Source: an uncultured Planctomycetaceae bacterium | Lineage (GTDB): Bacteria; Planctomycetota; Planctomycetia; Isosphaerales; Isosphaeraceae | DNA: 64,000 bases | Reading direction: 5' to 3' | Assembly (NCBI GenBank): GCA_963833985.1 | Contig: CAWIAD010000001.1 | Coordinates: 1,344,001-1,408,000 of the forward strand | Shown here: in pieces, positions 39,168 to 49,730 of the stretch | Layout: each line of letters starts with the position of its first letter | Position numbering within the stretch: the first letter of the stretch is position 1 | The notes under the pieces: generated by a model | The model's input: only the letters and a program-made list of their open reading frames with translations | Told to the model about the DNA's origin: nothing | The model's database searches: none | Translations under genes and position numbers: made by a program

Positions 39168-39545
39168 TCACGCGACGATATGCGGCACGCCATAGGCGGA
39201 AACATGGGGATCACGGCTGACCAGCTTGAAGCCCTCGTGCCGCGCCTGAGCGATCAGCAAGCGGTCGAACGGGTCGCGGTGATGATCGGGAAGTGTCTGC
39301 ACGGTCAAGGCGTGTGGAATGGTCACGGGGAGGGGCAAAAAGCGGTTGGCCGCCATCATCGCTTCCAGGTCGTCGGGGGAGTCCAGCTTGTGCAGGGAAC
39401 GCTTGATGCTGATTTCCCAGATGACGGCGGCACTGATGTAAACGGTGTTACTGCCGTCGCCAATCGCCCTGCGGGCCGCTCTGGACAGGAGCTGCGGATC
39501 GTCCAGCCACCAGAGGAAGACGTGGGTATCGAGTAAAAGTGTCAT
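39168..39545 (-). CDS. vapC: VapC PIN-domain toxin
   Basis: LLLDTHVFLW, SAAVIWEI, HRDPFDRLLIAQA. Confidence 0.93.
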   Translation of the reverse strand: MTLLLDTHVFLWWLDDPQLLSRAARRAIGDGSNTVYISAAVIWEISIKRSLHKLDSPDDLEAMMAANRFLPLPVTIPHALTVQTLPDHHRDPFDRLLIAQARHEGFKLVSRDPHVSAYGVPHIVA

Positions 39546-39781
39546 TGCGGCTTGATGCCGAAGGCGGCTGCGATGTCATCGGGCAGGGTGTCGAAGTCCT
39601 CAGCGATACGGACGCGGCCTTTCCATTGCCCGCCGTGCCGGGGTGAATCATCGGCGTGGATCGGGACCAGCCGGACCACCGGCCGACCGGCCTTGGCGAT
39701 GATGACCTCTTCGCCGTTCATGGCCTGCTCGACCAGCTTCGAGAGCTGCGACTTGGCTTCGTGAATGTTGGCAATCTCCAT
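39542..39781 (-). CDS. Phd/YefM family antitoxin
   Basis: NIHEAKSQLSKLVE...GEEVIIAKAGRPVVRLVP. Confidence 0.93.
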   Translation of the reverse strand: MEIANIHEAKSQLSKLVEQAMNGEEVIIAKAGRPVVRLVPIHADDSPRHGGQWKGRVRIAEDFDTLPDDIAAAFGIKPQ

Positions 39782-39792
39782 GGGCACCTCCT

Positions 39793-39804
39793 GCTTAGCT
39801 AAGC
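39793..39804. promoter_or_regulatory. Palindromic TA operator candidate
   Basis: Perfect palindrome GCTTAGCTAAGC just upstream of the antitoxin SD. Confidence 0.5.
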
Positions 39805-39965
39805 CTAGCTCAATTCGCTGTTCTTGACAAGCCCAGAATGCGAGCGTGCGTGCGTTTGCCCGCCCATACAGGTAACGCGAAAGAATCCCTTTATTTCCCG
39901 CTACCGCCTTGGTCTGCTAACCAAAGCGTAGAAACGCTCGGCAGGAGGAACGAGAGGCAGGTGAC

Positions 39966-40229
39966 ATGAACATCAGCTATGAAATACCCCGGGACATCGA
40001 GCAAGAGCTTCGCGCCAGCCGCCCGGACATCAACCGAGAGGCGAAGGAGGCCTACCTGATCGACCTCTATCGCCAGGAACGGATTAGCCATCGCCAGCTC
40101 GCCGACGCGTTGGGGTTGAACCGCTACGAGACCGATGGGGTATTGAAGCGGCACAAGGTCTCGCCGAACGTCACCGCCCAGGAGATGCGCGCTCAGGCCA
40201 CGGGTCTCAAGGATGCGAGGCCGGAGTGA
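39966..40229 (+). CDS. UPF0175 family antitoxin
   Basis: LYRQERISHRQLADALGLNRYE..GVLKRHKV. Confidence 0.85.
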   Translation: MNISYEIPRDIEQELRASRPDINREAKEAYLIDLYRQERISHRQLADALGLNRYETDGVLKRHKVSPNVTAQEMRAQATGLKDARPE

Positions 40230-40744
40230 TTGTCGTCTCCGATACGACACCCCTGAACTACCTCATCCTGATCGAAGCGGCTCAGGTGCTCCCCGCCCTG
40301 TTCGGCGGGGTGTATGCACCGACGGCGGTGATGGAGGAGCGATCGCACCCGCGCGGTCCTCAGCCTGTCCGAGTCTGGGCCAGTTCACCTCCCGAGTGGC
40401 TCGTCGTGCAGGAGCCCACCCGGGTTGACGAGACGTTGCCCAAAGCGCTTCACAAAGGGGAGGTGGAGGCCATCTCCCTCGCTCAGGAGATGCGGGCTGA
40501 CTGGGTCCTGATTGACGAACGGAAAGCGTCGAGAGAGGCCGAAAGCCGTGGCCTCCGGGTCGCGGGGACGCTCGGCATCCTCGAAGAAGCAGGGGCCAGG
40601 AATCTTCTCGACTACGAGAAGGATCGAGACCGTCTCGTCAACGAGACGAACTTCTATGTCACGGACGACGTGCTCCGCGAATCGGAGCGTCGATATCACG
40701 AGCGAAAGCAAGCCCAGGAACAAGAACGGAAGACCCATGAGTAG
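40226..40744 (+). CDS. DUF3368 PIN-domain protein (toxin)
   Basis: VVSDTTPLNYLILI, LHKGEVEAISLA, VLIDERKA, GTLGIL; GTGA overlap. Confidence 0.88.
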   Translation: MIVVSDTTPLNYLILIEAAQVLPALFGGVYAPTAVMEERSHPRGPQPVRVWASSPPEWLVVQEPTRVDETLPKALHKGEVEAISLAQEMRADWVLIDERKASREAESRGLRVAGTLGILEEAGARNLLDYEKDRDRLVNETNFYVTDDVLRESERRYHERKQAQEQERKTHE

Positions 40745-40860
40745 GCTGAACCGATCCAGCACGTGAAAGCTGGGCGAGCTTGCGAGTACGATGAACGCCG
40801 TGGCTATCGCGGTCACGGCAAGAGCCACACCTTCGCGGCGTGTCTTTGGGGGGCTGATCG

Positions 40861-41701
40861 ATGGGCGATGACCTGGCTTCGGGGTTCCAGGCCGTGGACA
40901 GCGCCGCGGAGTTCGCGGTGTTCGCGGACTGTCTCACACTGGTGGACTCGATCCCCTTCTTTGCCGCGTGCAAGCGGGAGAGTTATGAATTGCTCGGGGC
41001 GTCTCCGGGCCAGCGGGTCCTGGAGGTCGGCTGCGGCCTGGGCGACGATGCGAAAGCGCTGGCGGGCGTTGTGGCGCCCGGCGGCGCCGTCGTTGCTGTC
41101 GACGCCAGCCGCACGATGATCGAGGCGGCGCGCGCGGCATGGCAAAACGGAGGGACTGAACTTTGAGGTCGCTCTGGCCACTGCCTTGCCCTTCGGCGAT
41201 GCCAGCTTTGACGCCTGCCGGGTGGACCGAGTACTCCAGCACGTGGCAGACCCCTTCGCGGCGGTCAGGGAAATGGTCCGCGTGCTGCGTCCCGGCGGCG
41301 TGCTGGTCGCCTACGACAATGACTGGGAAACACTCACGGTCGATTCGGCCGAGCGTAGCGTGACGCGTACCGTCTTGAACGCCTGGTGCGATCGCTTTCC
41401 TTCGGGCTGGATCGGCCGCCGGCTGACCCCGTTCTTCCTTCAGGCCGGGCTGGCCGATGTCGTCGCGATTCCCAAAACGCTGGTGCTCCGTGACCTCTCG
41501 CTGGCCGACCGTCTTTACTGCTTCTTCGCGACGATCGAACGTCTCGCGGAGCAAGGGATCGTCTCGCGGGCGGTAGCGGAGCGCTGGTCAGTTGGGCTCC
41601 GCTCCGCGGACGCCCAGGACCGTTTCTTCAGTTCTTACACCGGGTTCCTGGTGCGTGGCCGGCGACCGGCAGACGTCCCGAACAGTCCCTTGCGCCGCTG
41701 A
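40861..41701 (+). CDS. Class I SAM methyltransferase, UbiE-like (frameshift near 41140)
   Basis: VLEVGCGLG then LPFGDASFD..RVDRVLQH...VLRPGG. Confidence 0.85.
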
Positions 41702-41843
41702 GATTCGTCGCCGGAAGACGATCGCGCTCTTGCCCGGACCGAAGGCCGGGAGCAGTGACGACCAGGAATCTGCCGGGCTGAAGCGCGTGGGCTTTCGTGC
41801 TCTCCCCAGCGAGATCCCCATCATCTGACCTGGCTGAAGCCGG

Positions 41844-44674
41844 CTATCCCTTGGCGATCAGGGCCGACACGGCGGTGCGCTGGGATTCGAGGTCGGCCAG
41901 CCTGGTCCGCTGGCTCTCGACCACCTCGGCTGGGGCGCGTGAGAGGAATGCCTCGTTCCCGAGCTTGGCCTGAAGCGGGCCGATCTGGCGTTCCAGGTCG
42001 GTGAGCGTCTTGCGCAGGCGTTCCAGCTCGGCTTTCCTGTCGATCAGGCCTGCGAGCGGCAGGATGATCTCGGCGTCGGCCAGAACGGTGATGGCGGCAT
42101 CGGCGGGTCGGGCCGGATCCGCGGTGATGGTGACATCGGCCGCGTTGGTAAGGCTCTTCAGGAACGCCTCCCCCTGACGCAGGCGATCGGCGACGATGCC
42201 TTCCGCCACGATCCGCGGCGCGATGCGCGCCTCCTTGGGGACATTGCGCTCGGCCTTCAGGTTCCGGAGCGCCTGGATCTTCTCCTGCCACTGGGCGACA
42301 GTCGCCCGCGCCTCGGGGTCGGTCCAGCCCAGGGGCACGGGCCAGGCGGCAATGCAGGCGCTCGGCTCGGCGGTCACCGGCTCGGGCAGCCCGCGCTCGG
42401 GTGCCAGCGCGCCGAGCGGCTGCCAGATCTGCTCCGTGAGGAAGGGCATCACAGGGTGCAGCAAGCGGCAGAGGGTGTCCAGGGTGGCGGCCAGCACGCG
42501 CTGGGCCACGGGCCGGGCGTCCGGGTCGCGGAGCCTCGACTTGATGAACTCCACGTACCAGTCGCAGAACTCGCTCCAGGTGAATTCGCGGAGCCGGCGG
42601 GTCGCGTCCGAGAAGCGGAAGGCTTCCAGGTCGGCGGTGGTCTCGGCGATGACCTCGTCCAGCCCCGCCAGGATCCAGCGGTCCTCGATCGGCAGGGTTG
42701 CCAGCTTGAGCGGAGCCGGCGCATACCCCTCCAGGTTCATCATGGCGAAGCGGGCGACGTTCCAGAACTTGTTCGCGAAGTTGCGGCCCTGCTCGAACCG
42801 CTCCGAGGTGTTGATGGTGCGGCCATCGGGCAGCTTCAGCTTCTCGACGGGCATGCGCAGGTCCTGCGTCTCGGTGGCGCCCAGGGCGAGGGTGTACCGC
42901 AAGGCGTCGGCGCCATAGATCTCGATGATGTCCACCGGGTCGACACCGTTGCCGGCCGACTTGGACATCCGCTTGCCCTGGCCGTCCTGGATGACCGGGT
43001 GGATATAGACGTCGCGGAACGGCACGTCGCGCATGTTGAACTGCCCGAAGATGACCATCCGGGCTACCCAGAGCGTGATGATGTCGCGGGCCGTGGAGAG
43101 CACGCTGGTGGGATAGCAGCGCCCCAGCTCGGGCGTCGCGGCGGGCCATCCCAGCGTGGAGTGCGGCCAGAGTGCGCTGCTGAACCAGGTGTCAAGCACG
43201 TCGGGATCGCGAACGAAGCCCAGGTGTTCCAGCGCGCTGACGAGGTTGGGCTGCTCGTCAGGGTCCTGAATGCAGGCGTATGCCACGTCGTCTTCGATTG
43301 TGTACCAGACCAGGTCGCCGGTGGCCGGGTCGGCGTCGGAGCCGGTTTTCATGTCCTTCAGCCGGCTGGAGACGGGGCCCGGATTGTCGAGCCGCCAGAT
43401 CGGGATCTGGTGCCCCCACCAGAGCTGGCGGCTGATGCACCAGTCGCGCTTCTCGGCCAGCCAGTCAAGGTAGCTGCGGGCGTACCGCTCGGGGTGAATC
43501 CGCACCTGGCCCGACGTCACGGCATCCATGGCCTGCTGGGCGAACCCGGGGCTGCCGTCGGGCTCGTCGCCCATGCGGATGAACCACTGGTCAGAGCGGA
43601 TCGGTTCGATGGCCGTCTTGGAGCGGTCGGAGTGTCCCTGCCGCAGCAGGTGCGGGTCCACGCGTTCCAGCAGCCCTTGCAGCTTGAGGTCCTCGACGAC
43701 GCGCTTGCGGACGACGTAGCGGTCCAGCCCCGCGTACTTGCCGGCCGCCTCGTTGAAGGTGCCGTCGGGGTTCATCAGGTCGATGATCGGCAGATTGTTG
43801 CGCTGGCCGGCCTGGTAGTCGTTCGGGTCGTGACCGGGGGTAACCTTCACGCAGCCGGTGCCGAACGCCGGGTCGACAAGTACGGGATCGGCGATGATGG
43901 GGATCTGCCGGCCCGTCAACGGCAACTCGGCCTGCTTGCCGATGAGGTGCTGGTAGCGCGGATCTTCGGGATGGACGGCAACGGCCGTGTCGCCGAGCAT
44001 GGTCTCGGGGCGCGTGGTCGCCACGTGCAGGACGTCATCGGAGCCCGCGATCGGGTACTTGATGGTCCAGAGGTGGCCGTTCATCTCTTCATAGTAGATC
44101 TCGTCGTCGGCCACGGCGGTGCGGAGCTGGGTGTCCCAGTTCACCAGCCGCTTGCCGCGGAAGATCTTGCCGGCCTTGAAGAGGTTGAAGAAGGTGCGCC
44201 GGACTCGCGCGAGCAGCCCTCGTCGAGCGTGAACCGCGTGCGCTCCCAGTCGCACGAGCAGCCCATGAGCCGAAGCTGGCTGAGGATCCGCTTCTCGTAC
44301 TCGTCCTTCCAGGCCCAGATGCGCTCGACCAGGGCGGGGCGGCCAAGGTCGTGTCGGGTCTTCTTCTCCTCCTCGAAGAGCCGCTTCTCGACGACCGCCT
44401 GGGTGGCGATGCCGGCGTGGTCGGTGCCGGGCATCCAGAGGCAGTCGAAGCCCTGCATCCGCCGCCAGCGGACCAGCACGTCCTGGAGCGTGTTGTTCAG
44501 CGCATGACCCAGGTGCAGGGCGCCTGTGACGTTGGGCGGCGGGATCACGATGCAGTAGGGCGGCCTGTCGCTGGCCGGGTCGGCATGGAAGTACCCGCGT
44601 TCCAGCCAGTGCGCATACCAGCGCTCCTGGGCTTGCCTGGGATCATACTGCTTGGGAATGTCTTGACTGTTCAT
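41844..44674 (-). CDS. valS: Valyl-tRNA synthetase (frameshift near 44205)
   Basis: PPPNVTGALHLGHA, GTDHAGIATQ, ATTRPETMLGD, DWCISRQLWWGH, DVLDTWFSS, RMSKS, C-terminal coiled coil. Confidence 0.96.
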
Positions 44675-44729
44675 GGTGCTCCAGCGCCGTTCCGCGATCT
44701 CAGGTCCTCATGCCCGTCCGCGTGTCTCG

Positions 44730-45230
44730 CTACCATTGCGGCTTCTGACCGGCTTCGGGCTGAAGGGCCTGGGCCAGGTAGCTCATCTGGCCAAGGTGGT
44801 TGTTCATGTGTGCCGCGCACACCAGCAGCAAGCCCAGTCGCGTCCGGATCGGCACGTTGTGCTCGACCGCGACCTGAAATCCCGCGTCGTCGAGCGATTG
44901 CAAGGTCTGCACGACCATCGCCACGGCCTGGTGGAACGAGCTCAAAAGCTCGTTCAGCGGGGGATTCGTCGCGTCGGTGAACTCCTTTTCTCGCTCGCGC
45001 ACGTAGCCGGTGCCGGCGATGGCGGCACCGACGTAATGGTTCAGGTTGCCGGTGAGGTGCAGGACCAGGTGGCCGATGCTGTTGCCGAAAGGAAAGGGCT
45101 TCGTCCACAGCGCGGTCTCCGGGACGGCCCGGGCAAAGTGCTCCACGCGCTGGGCCATGTGCTCGAAGTAGCGCGAGAAATCCTCGGCGATCGACTGGGC
45201 GAGCTCGGACCTGGTCTCGGATTGGCTCAT
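44730..45230 (-). CDS. DinB/DUF1572 family protein
   Basis: NSIGHLVLHLTGNL, REREKEF, HMNNHLGQ. Confidence 0.85.
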   Translation of the reverse strand: MSQSETRSELAQSIAEDFSRYFEHMAQRVEHFARAVPETALWTKPFPFGNSIGHLVLHLTGNLNHYVGAAIAGTGYVREREKEFTDATNPPLNELLSSFHQAVAMVVQTLQSLDDAGFQVAVEHNVPIRTRLGLLLVCAAHMNNHLGQMSYLAQALQPEAGQKPQW

Positions 45231-45272
45231 GATGAGACTCCCGGAAAGAGAAACAACCGGCGCACCGGCCCG

Positions 45273-46880
45273 TTATTGCGCGGCCTCGACTTCCATCTTG
45301 ACCTTGCCGCCTGCCTGTGCGCGCGCATCACGCGAGAGCTTGTACTCGAAGGCGTCGATGAGTGCCAGCCAGCTTGCCTCGATGACATTTTCGGAGACGC
45401 CGATGGTGCCCCAGACGGAGTCGTGGTCGCGGCTCTCGATGATTACCCGCACCCGCGCGGCGGTGCCGGCACGGGCGTTGATCACCCGCACCTTGTAGTC
45501 GGCCAGGTGCATCTCGCGGAGCCGCGGGTAATGCCTTTCAAGGGCCTTCCGGAGCGCACCATCAAGGGCGTTCACCGGTCCGTCGCCCTCGCTCACGGTG
45601 TGCTGGAGCTCATCGCCGACGAGCAGCTTGATGGTTGCCTCGGTGAGCGGCTCTCGCCCTGTCTTGCCGGAGGCGCTGACGTGAAATCCAAGCTGCTTGA
45701 ACCAGTCATTCCGCCGGCCGGCGAGACGATCCACCAGCAGCACGAACGAGGCCTCGGCGGCCTCGAACTGGTAGCCCTCGTTTTCCAGCTCCTGGACGCG
45801 GTCGAGAACCCGCGCCAGCAGGGGCGCATCCTGTTCCAGGCCGTACTCGGCCAGCTTCTCGGCGATGTTCGACTTACCGGAGAGCTCACTCACCAGCACC
45901 CGGCGCTCATTGCCCACGGTCTCGGGCTCGATATGCTCGTAGCTGGCGGCGATGCGCCGGACGCCGTGGACGTGCATGCCCCCCTTGTGCGCGAAGGCGC
46001 TGGAACCGACGAACGGCTGGCCGGGCCGGAAGTTCATGTTGGCCGTCTCGTAGACAAACCGCGAAACCTCGGTGAGGTGGATCAGCTTCCCCGGGAGGAG
46101 AACCTGGTGGTCCCGGTACTTGAGGGCCAGGTTGGCGACGATGCTGCACAGGTCGGCATTGCCGCATCGTTCGCCCAGGCCGTTGATCGTGCCCTGGACC
46201 TGCCGTGCCCCGCAGCGCACGGCCGCCAGCGCGTTGGCGACGGCCAGCTCGCCATCGTTGTGGGTGTGGATGCCCAGCGGCACCGAGATCTCCCGCGCGA
46301 CCTGCCGCACCGTCTCGGCAATCTCCTCGGGAAGTGAGCCGCCGTTGGTGTCGCAGAGCACGATCCAGGAAGCGCCGGCCTGTGCGGCCGAGCTCAGCGT
46401 TTCCACGGCATAGTCCGGGTTCTGCTTGAAACCGTCGAAGAGGTGCTCGGCGTCGTAGACGACCTCGGAAACCTGTGCAGCGCAGTAAGCCACCGAATCG
46501 GCGATCATGCGCAGGTTCTCTTCAAGAGAGACTCCGAGCACCTCGCGGACATGCAGGTCCCACGACTTGCCGACGATGGTCACCACCGGCGTGCGGGCGG
46601 CGATCAGTGCTTGCATGCCCTGGTCGTCCTCCGCGGCCACATCCCGCCGCCTGGTCATACCGAAGGCGGCGACCCTGGCTTGCTGGAGCGAGAGGTCGCG
46701 CACGGCATGGAAATAGGAGGCATCCTTGGGGTTGGAAAGCGGATAGCCTCCCTCGATATAGTCGACGCCCAGCTCATCGAGGCGGGAGGTGATGAGCAGC
46801 TTGTCCTGGAGCGAGAAGTTGACGCCCTCGCCCTGGCTGCCGTCTCGCAAGGTGGTGTCGTAAATGGCAATTCGTGTCAT
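45273..46880 (-). CDS. cimA: Citramalate synthase
   Basis: YDTTLRDGSQGEG, YDAEH, LCDTNGG, HTHND, GERCGN, YEHIEP, VSELSG, GDGPVNALD. Confidence 0.92.
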   Translation of the reverse strand: MTRIAIYDTTLRDGSQGEGVNFSLQDKLLITSRLDELGVDYIEGGYPLSNPKDASYFHAVRDLSLQQARVAAFGMTRRRDVAAEDDQGMQALIAARTPVVTIVGKSWDLHVREVLGVSLEENLRMIADSVAYCAAQVSEVVYDAEHLFDGFKQNPDYAVETLSSAAQAGASWIVLCDTNGGSLPEEIAETVRQVAREISVPLGIHTHNDGELAVANALAAVRCGARQVQGTINGLGERCGNADLCSIVANLALKYRDHQVLLPGKLIHLTEVSRFVYETANMNFRPGQPFVGSSAFAHKGGMHVHGVRRIAASYEHIEPETVGNERRVLVSELSGKSNIAEKLAEYGLEQDAPLLARVLDRVQELENEGYQFEAAEASFVLLVDRLAGRRNDWFKQLGFHVSASGKTGREPLTEATIKLLVGDELQHTVSEGDGPVNALDGALRKALERHYPRLREMHLADYKVRVINARAGTAARVRVIIESRDHDSVWGTIGVSENVIEASWLALIDAFEYKLSRDARAQAGGKVKMEVEAAQ

Positions 46881-47071
46881 GTCGAACCGATCCGCATGCG
46901 CAAGGAGACCGTGGCCCGAGCGGCCCTGGATTGTGCCTCGATTCTACCAGACGGCAGCCCGGTTAAACGACATTCCGACAGTCGGATCGTTCCCGAGGTT
47001 CAAGCGGTCGATCGGTCTGCGCGGAAAGAAGGCCGGCACCCGGCCTCGCAAGGTCAGAGAGGAAGACCCAG

Positions 47072-47761
47072 GTGGCCGCAACCATTGAAGACCTCTACGA
47101 AGCGATCAGGACGAGCGCGCGGAGCTCGGCGTTTCCCGTCGACGCGGAAGTGTACGAGCGGTTTCACAAGGATCCCTGCCAGCCCATCCTGCATGCCGGT
47201 GCGCTCGATGCTCCGGTCTGCATCTTCGGTCGCGACCTGGGGAAGGATGAAGTCAGGCTGGGGCAGCCCTTGATCGGAGCCGGTGGCAAGCTGGTCAGAC
47301 AGGGGCTCCAGCAGTCCTTCGAGGCGGAGACAGCACCCACGTCGAATGCCGATTTGCTGGCGCCGCCACGCCATGCGCTGTTGACCAACACGGTTCCTTA
47401 CAAGCCGCCCGGCAACAAGGCGTACTCCGCCGCTGTCAAGGAACGTTTCCGACCCTTCGTGATCGAGCTGCTCACGCACTTCTGGAGCGGAAGCCACATC
47501 ATCACGCTGGGAACCGAGGCGTTCCAGTGGTTTGAACCTTACGGCGACCCGCAGGCATTCAGTGCGCTCGGCCGCACCGACGAACGGTTCGAATCCATCT
47601 TCGACTGCCGTTTGACGACGGCACGAGATGATGCTCGCGATGATTCAGGCAAGCATGTGTTGGTGATGCCGCTTCCGCACCCCTCCCCACTGAACCGCCG
47701 CTGGCTACCGCGGTTTCCGGCGATGCTCCGGGCACGATTAGCCCAGGTCCCGAGCCGCTGA
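47072..47761 (+). CDS. Uracil-DNA glycosylase family protein
   Basis: GRDLGKDEV..GQPLIGAGG, TNTVPYKPPGN, PHPSPLN. Confidence 0.88.
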   Translation: MAATIEDLYEAIRTSARSSAFPVDAEVYERFHKDPCQPILHAGALDAPVCIFGRDLGKDEVRLGQPLIGAGGKLVRQGLQQSFEAETAPTSNADLLAPPRHALLTNTVPYKPPGNKAYSAAVKERFRPFVIELLTHFWSGSHIITLGTEAFQWFEPYGDPQAFSALGRTDERFESIFDCRLTTARDDARDDSGKHVLVMPLPHPSPLNRRWLPRFPAMLRARLAQVPSR

Positions 47762-47830
47762 GTTGCTTGCGAGTCGTGCTCGCGGGAAGAGCCGAACAGG
47801 CGACCGCGCCGATGAAAGTTCGAGCGAAAG

Positions 47831-47858
47831 TGCAACCGGGACTGCGCTGCCGGCATCT
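47831..47858 (+). promoter_or_regulatory. Candidate ECF promoter, copy 1
   Basis: TGCAACCGGG-N10-CGGCATCT upstream of the sigma gene. Confidence 0.6.
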
Positions 47859-47891
47859 TCTTTCATGGGGGGACAACAACGAGGCCGAAAG

Positions 47892-48536
47892 ATGCACGTC
47901 ACGGAGAATCTCGAAATCGGATCGTGCCGGGCCGCGAGTGCCGCTGAGAACCGGGATGCTGCGACGGATCTCGACCTCGTTTCGCGTGCGCGGGACGGCG
48001 ATGCGGAGGCCTTCGGCGCTCTGTTCGAGCGGCACTATCCCCGGATCCTGGATTATCTCTACCGCCAGACCCTGCGTGTCGCCACCGCCGAGGACCTGAC
48101 CAGTAACACGTTCTACGCCGCCTTGCGCGGGCTGGGGAGGTTCCGCGGTGAGGCCCCGTTTCGCCTCTGGCTGTACCGGATCGCGACCAATGAGCTGCGG
48201 ATGTGGCGACGCGCCAGGCGCCGGCGTCCCGAGCCAGAGCGGCTGGACGCGGTCGATGAAGAGCTGGATCGCCTGTGCTGCGTGCGAGGCGACGTCGGGG
48301 AGGGCCTGGTGGAGCATGCCGAGCAGGCCAGGCAGTTCGCCAGGGTCCGCCGCGCCATGCTGCGGCTCGGCGAGCGCTACCAGGAGGTGCTCGTCCTGCG
48401 GTATTTCGAGGGGTTGGACAACGATCATGTCGCCCAGGTCCTGGGGAAGCGTGTGGGGACAGTGAAGTCGCTGGTGCACCGCGGGCTGGAACTGCTCAGG
48501 AGCATCCTCGGGCCGGGCGATGCAACCGGGGCGTAG
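47892..48536 (+). CDS. ECF RNA polymerase sigma factor
   Basis: GDAEAFGALFERH, AEDLT, FRLWLYRIATN, VLVLRYFEGL...GTVKS..HRG. Confidence 0.92.
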   Translation: MHVTENLEIGSCRAASAAENRDAATDLDLVSRARDGDAEAFGALFERHYPRILDYLYRQTLRVATAEDLTSNTFYAALRGLGRFRGEAPFRLWLYRIATNELRMWRRARRRRPEPERLDAVDEELDRLCCVRGDVGEGLVEHAEQARQFARVRRAMLRLGERYQEVLVLRYFEGLDNDHVAQVLGKRVGTVKSLVHRGLELLRSILGPGDATGA

Positions 48537-48547
48537 CATCGGCATCT
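48521..48547 (+). promoter_or_regulatory. Candidate ECF promoter, copy 2
   Basis: TGCAACCGGG-N9-CGGCATCT spanning the sigma stop codon. Confidence 0.6.
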
Positions 48548-48568
48548 CTTTTTGCAGGGGCGACGGTC

Positions 48569-49537
48569 ATGGCAAGCGACAGCCGGGACATCGAGCGGAT
48601 GCTGGAGCAGGTTGAGCTGCCGCGCGTCGTTACGGGAGTCCACCGCGATCGCCTCCGGGAGGATCTTCTTCGAGCGGATGCACGGGGCCTTGACGGGCGC
48701 GAGGGCGTCCGGCGGGCCACTGCATGGAGGTGGATCTTGATGGGATATCGATCGAACTTACTGGCGGTGCGGCTGGCGTGGGCCTGCGCCGCGATCCTCT
48801 TGATGGCGGCCGTAACCTGGGGGGCTGGGCAGGTGGTTCAACGAGCGCGGAAGAGCTATATTGCATACGCTGGACCCCAGTCGCCGCCCATCCAGGTCCG
48901 GACACCGGAGGGTGAAACGAGATTCGTCGGCTCGTACTCGGTGACCGTCGCCTCGGACGATGCGAATTTCAACGAGGCGGATGCCCGACGTCAGTTCGAG
49001 CTCATCTCCCGTGCACAAGCCACGGGCAAGGCGGCGGTCGTCAAGAGCCGGGAGACGGACTTCGGGACGGTCGTGACCTACCAGGTCAAGCTCGACGATG
49101 GCCGCGTGGTCACATGGAACGGCAGCCCGGAAGACGTGATGACGCCCGAGCAACGAGCGGAACGACAGAAGCAGATGGCCGAACTGCTCGCCGCCAGAAG
49201 GTTCCAGTTCGTCCGCAAGTTCACCACGCCGGACGGCGTGACGATGTACAACTACCGCGTCCGGCTGCCCGACGGCACGAACGTTCCCTACAACAGCCTC
49301 CTGCCGGACCACGACCCAGAGAGGGCGAAGCAGCTCCGGCAGGAGATTGATCGGGCGAAGGATCAGCACCAGGGGACCTTGGCCGGCGTGATCGAACCGT
49401 TGAAGGGCGTGGCCGTGCCCAGGGGGATGGAGCCGCCCGGTTCCACGAAGCTGTACACGTACAAGGTGAAGCTTTCGAACGGGGACACTTCGATGTACTC
49501 CACCCCCGACCCGCCCGCGAAGGAGGACGCGAAGTAG
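48569..49537 (+). CDS. Putative anti-sigma factor: single TM plus three extracytoplasmic repeats
   Basis: HRDRLREDLL N-domain, TM, repeats YQVKLDDG / YRVRLPDG / YKVKLSNG. Confidence 0.7.
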   Translation: MASDSRDIERMLEQVELPRVVTGVHRDRLREDLLRADARGLDGREGVRRATAWRWILMGYRSNLLAVRLAWACAAILLMAAVTWGAGQVVQRARKSYIAYAGPQSPPIQVRTPEGETRFVGSYSVTVASDDANFNEADARRQFELISRAQATGKAAVVKSRETDFGTVVTYQVKLDDGRVVTWNGSPEDVMTPEQRAERQKQMAELLAARRFQFVRKFTTPDGVTMYNYRVRLPDGTNVPYNSLLPDHDPERAKQLRQEIDRAKDQHQGTLAGVIEPLKGVAVPRGMEPPGSTKLYTYKVKLSNGDTSMYSTPDPPAKEDAK

Positions 49538-49730
49538 CCGCGGGCCGCGCCAGTGGATCGGCCTGTCAGACGGTTCGGCGGCGGGCCGCGGCCTGCGATG
49601 CACGAACCCTTTTGCTGCTCATCGATGCGGGCACGGACAGCCCGGGCGGGACCACTATCAGTGAGTTCCAGTCGGAGGCGGATCCCAGCGCCTCCTGGCC
49701 GAAGTGACCATGGAGCATGTCGGACTGAAC

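Noticed and set aside
41844..44674. Split valS (also adk, actF) as pseudogenes or programmed frameshifts
   Set aside because: Single indels in otherwise intact genes with no slippery sequence; best explained as sequencing error
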